From: Paraphysomonas bandaiensis
Lineage: Eukaryota; Protista; Chrysophyceae
Length of the DNA stretch: 64,000 nt
Direction of reading: 5' to 3'
Assembly (NCBI GenBank): GCA_965644295.1
Contig: CBFFRP010000066.1
Span: forward strand, 186,001-250,000
The stretch's first letter is position 1. Each line of letters opens with the position of its first letter. Below the pieces are notes generated by a model. The model worked only from the letters and a program-made list of their open reading frames with translations. It was not told the DNA's origin and searched no databases. Positions 60,891-64,000 of this stretch are shown one piece after another. A program made the position numbers and the translations under genes.

Positions 60891-61231
60891 AATCGATAAA
60901 ATCCCAGTATATAGAAGAGACTCATTGTTCATACGTAAAAGAATGGGATCAACTTTAATATCTTGATTTCTATGTATTGAAACTCGTTTCGAATGATGAT
61001 CCCATGCATCGCCAGTGCTCTGTATTGCATATCATCAGCACGTAACTGATGTCTCCATGCCATATCAGGCAATCCTGTAGAGAGAGTAGATATAAATGAT
61101 TCCATAGAGAGTGAGTGTTGAGGTTAAGAGAGGGGAGAGTAACTGAGGGAAGATATAGAGAGAGGCAGGCTCCTATACATACATACATGGACTTAACAGC
61201 TAACCCCTCCACGTACTTATAGCTATACCTT

Positions 61232-61790
61232 GGCATGTACTTATACACACAGACATGGACTTATACACACAGACATGGACTTATATACTTATACATGTAC
61301 TTATACACACAGACATGGACTTATATACTTATACATGTACTTATACACACAGACATGGACTTATATAGTTATACATGTACTTATATACTTAGACATGTAC
61401 TTATATAGACATGTACTTATATAGACATGGACTTATGTACTTAGACATGGACTTATATAGTTATACATGTACATATGTACTTAGACATGTACTTATACAC
61501 ACAGACATGGACTTATATACTTATACATGTACTTATACACACAGACATGGACTTATATAGTTATACATGTACTTATATACTTAGACATGTACTTATATAC
61601 TTAGACATGGACTTATACACACAGACATGGACTTATATAGTTACATATATATAATATAGTTAGATACACTGATATATATGTACTTACATACTTAGACATG
61701 TACTTATACACAAAGACATGTACATATGTACTTAGACATGTACTTATACACACAGACATGTACTTATATACTTATACATGTACTTATATA
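61232..61790. repeat. Minisatellite of ~20-bp units (ACATG[G/T]ACTTATA[C/T]AC...)
   Basis: Read directly. Confidence 0.93.
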
Positions 61791-62306
61791 GTGCATAGCT
61801 AGCTGATGAGTTGTGCCTGCTTTCATTTCTTGGGGTGCCGTGAGCCTTTAAGTGCTACAGAAGTCGTATAAGTTGATAAACAGCATTCTCTCTATTAGAA
61901 GCAAGAGTTTGACTCTCAGATCACAGCCTGATAGTTTCACTGCATCAGCCTGATGCTTGTCAAACTTTAACACGCCTTGCTGTCCTCCTTCGCCTCATCC
62001 GAACTACCATCCGCTACCATGACAGAATTAGACATTACACTGAAGTTAACTTTAATCTACACGTAAATCTTAATCATGCTGTTGAACACAATGCACTTTC
62101 AAGTAAGAAGCATGATTATTAATCTATACACTTCACACTATTCACTATATTCATGTAGCATCTGCTGAACATCTGCTCACAGCAACATCTGTGCATCACA
62201 TGATCATCAGTCACTCCCATGTATCTTATATAGTCACACATCAGTAACTGAATTTAATACCTTTGGAACTATAATCATACAATCATACGTTACTGTTAAG
62301 TTTTGC

Positions 62307-62522
62307 TGTTGGAGCAATTAAAAGCTGTAATTCTAAGGTATTGGAATTATGACCGTTAGTGTATTATGAGAACTAACAACATGATAGCTATTGTAGTAAT
62401 GAAACTGAATATAATATGTTGATCATACAAGATAGTGACGATGAAAGATCGTACAAGAAATGATTGGTCGTAGAGAGTAGAGATAATAACATGAAATTGA
62501 TAAATGAGAAGAGATATTGATT
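62307..62522 (+). repeat. Partner of the 57992-58240 direct repeat
   Basis: Same shared motifs as 57992-58240. Confidence 0.55.
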
Positions 62523-63550
62523 ACTATTTATAATAAGATTAATGAGTGAATACACGTCCAGTTAACTTAGTAAATCATCCGATTGTGTCATAACTTGACA
62601 GTTACACCAATGAGATGACTTCACTTATTGCACACTATTAACTCACTTCAATTGCACAATATATATCACAACATACTGCAGAACTCAACATGTGTTGCGC
62701 TTGAGTGAAAAACAACTTCCAACCTGCCAAGATCACCTCGTCTAAGGGGCAATTGTTTGGTATAACATACAGACTGCGTATATACTTTCCCAGATCAGTT
62801 GGTAGGTACTTCTCAACATAGCCTCATCTAATTACGGAACTTTGTAAACCCTTTTACCGTTCGCGTTTGTAGTGAACCTTCCAACGCATCGTAAGTTATT
62901 TTGTACATAGCACAATATATAGCCTCTTACACTTCCTTATTTACACTTCATCATACAATCGACCTGTCAATGATACTCGCAAGAAAACTTCGTAAACGCT
63001 GTAGGTTATACAACCGATGCTTAGATTGTACAACATGGCAATAAATGACACCGATAAAAATGTTTTACAAATATGGTTTGATGTTCTAAAGTAAAGAGAA
63101 ACTCCAACAACTTAAGGTCGCAAAATTTCTATAAAGATATATATACTCCAACCACATAGAGAACAACAAAAGAATCATCGAACTCTACTCATATAACCAC
63201 TACATATATTTACCGTTACAGATATGTACTTACAGCTATCGTTGTATATACGAAATAAAAAAGTAACAACATAGTTTGCTGAACTTCACTATAGTTGACA
63301 TACCACAACAATTGCGTCTCTAACACGCATAATTCCATACCATTACGTACACAACACAACCACAAAAAACATATCCTCCTGTACCGCACTACACTCATTT
63401 CCTTGCATAGAACAAACACTGAAAGCGCGGGAACTGTAACAAGAATCTCCCGATGCGTTCGTTTGACTGCATCGACGACTGGCATTGTTTTAACCTATAA
63501 ACTGGTTAGTTCCCTTTACTCTCACAATGAGATTCAGATGCGACAAAATG

Positions 63551-64000
63551 CTAAAGTGCACGGCATAAAAAGTCATCATCTTCCCACTGTATTTCCTCCA
63601 CAACATCGCCAAAACCCTCCAGCCCTGGCTCATTTTCAGTTGCCACAGCATTCTCTGCACTTAGTGAACAGCTATCAATCGTCGTGATTGCATCTTTACC
63701 GAGTACCCACGCATCAGAAACAGATCTGTGGTTCATTAATCCACCCAACGAATTATTCGATTCCTCTAATTCAGTTTTCTCTTCATTGTGATAAAACTCT
63801 CCAGATCTTGTCCCTCCCACGCAGCGTGTTAAAATATCATCCTGCTTTTGGCTTTCCTGGCATTTTCCCAAACTTCCAATATCAACATGTAGTATCTTTT
63901 CCAACCACTCCGACACGACCCGGTCATCGAAGTCTGATTCATCTCCTATCAGGACAGGCCACCGCAACTCATTCTGCATCATATACATCGAATCAGGACC
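63551..64000 (-). CDS. 3' end of an unknown gene entering from beyond the window
   Basis: Frame open from 64000 to TAG at 63551; acidic, protein-like composition ending EEIQWEDDDFLCRAL. Confidence 0.6.
   Translation of the reverse strand, partial: GPDSMYMMQNELRWPVLIGDESDFDDRVVSEWLEKILHVDIGSLGKCQESQKQDDILTRCVGGTRSGEFYHNEEKTELEESNNSLGGLMNHRSVSDAWVLGKDAITTIDSCSLSAENAVATENEPGLEGFGDVVEEIQWEDDDFLCRAL

Overview
Eukaryotic nuclear DNA. Short GT-AG introns, a flagellar CFAP97-family gene and REJ-type giant receptors suggest a flagellated protist, probably a stramenopile (inference only). The left third is gene-dense: a >=948-aa ORF running off the window start, a 40-aa-repeat protein with a C-terminal RAP domain, a CFAP97-domain gene, a double DUF1275 membrane protein, a hypothetical gene, a LicD + EEP fusion and WDR74/Nsa1. 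The remainder holds two tandem paralogous giant surface-receptor genes: signal peptide, capped LRR cassettes, a P[ST]xx mucin-like stalk, REJ/EGF/GPS-like region, multi-TM region and a repeated tail. Copy A has one in-frame TAG just before the TM region. Decayed mobile DNA lies between and after them. Three strongest observations: (1) a ~0.5-kb non-autonomous retroposon family (5 copies, 11- and 13-bp TSDs) whose 5' end folds like the L1Tc/ingi-type HDV-like ribozyme; (2) the modular, hypervariable LRR receptor pair; (3) the exactly phased 22 x 40-aa repeat array with a single hypervariable position, fused to a RAP nuclease-like domain. All family assignments are from motif recognition by eye; no database searches were run.
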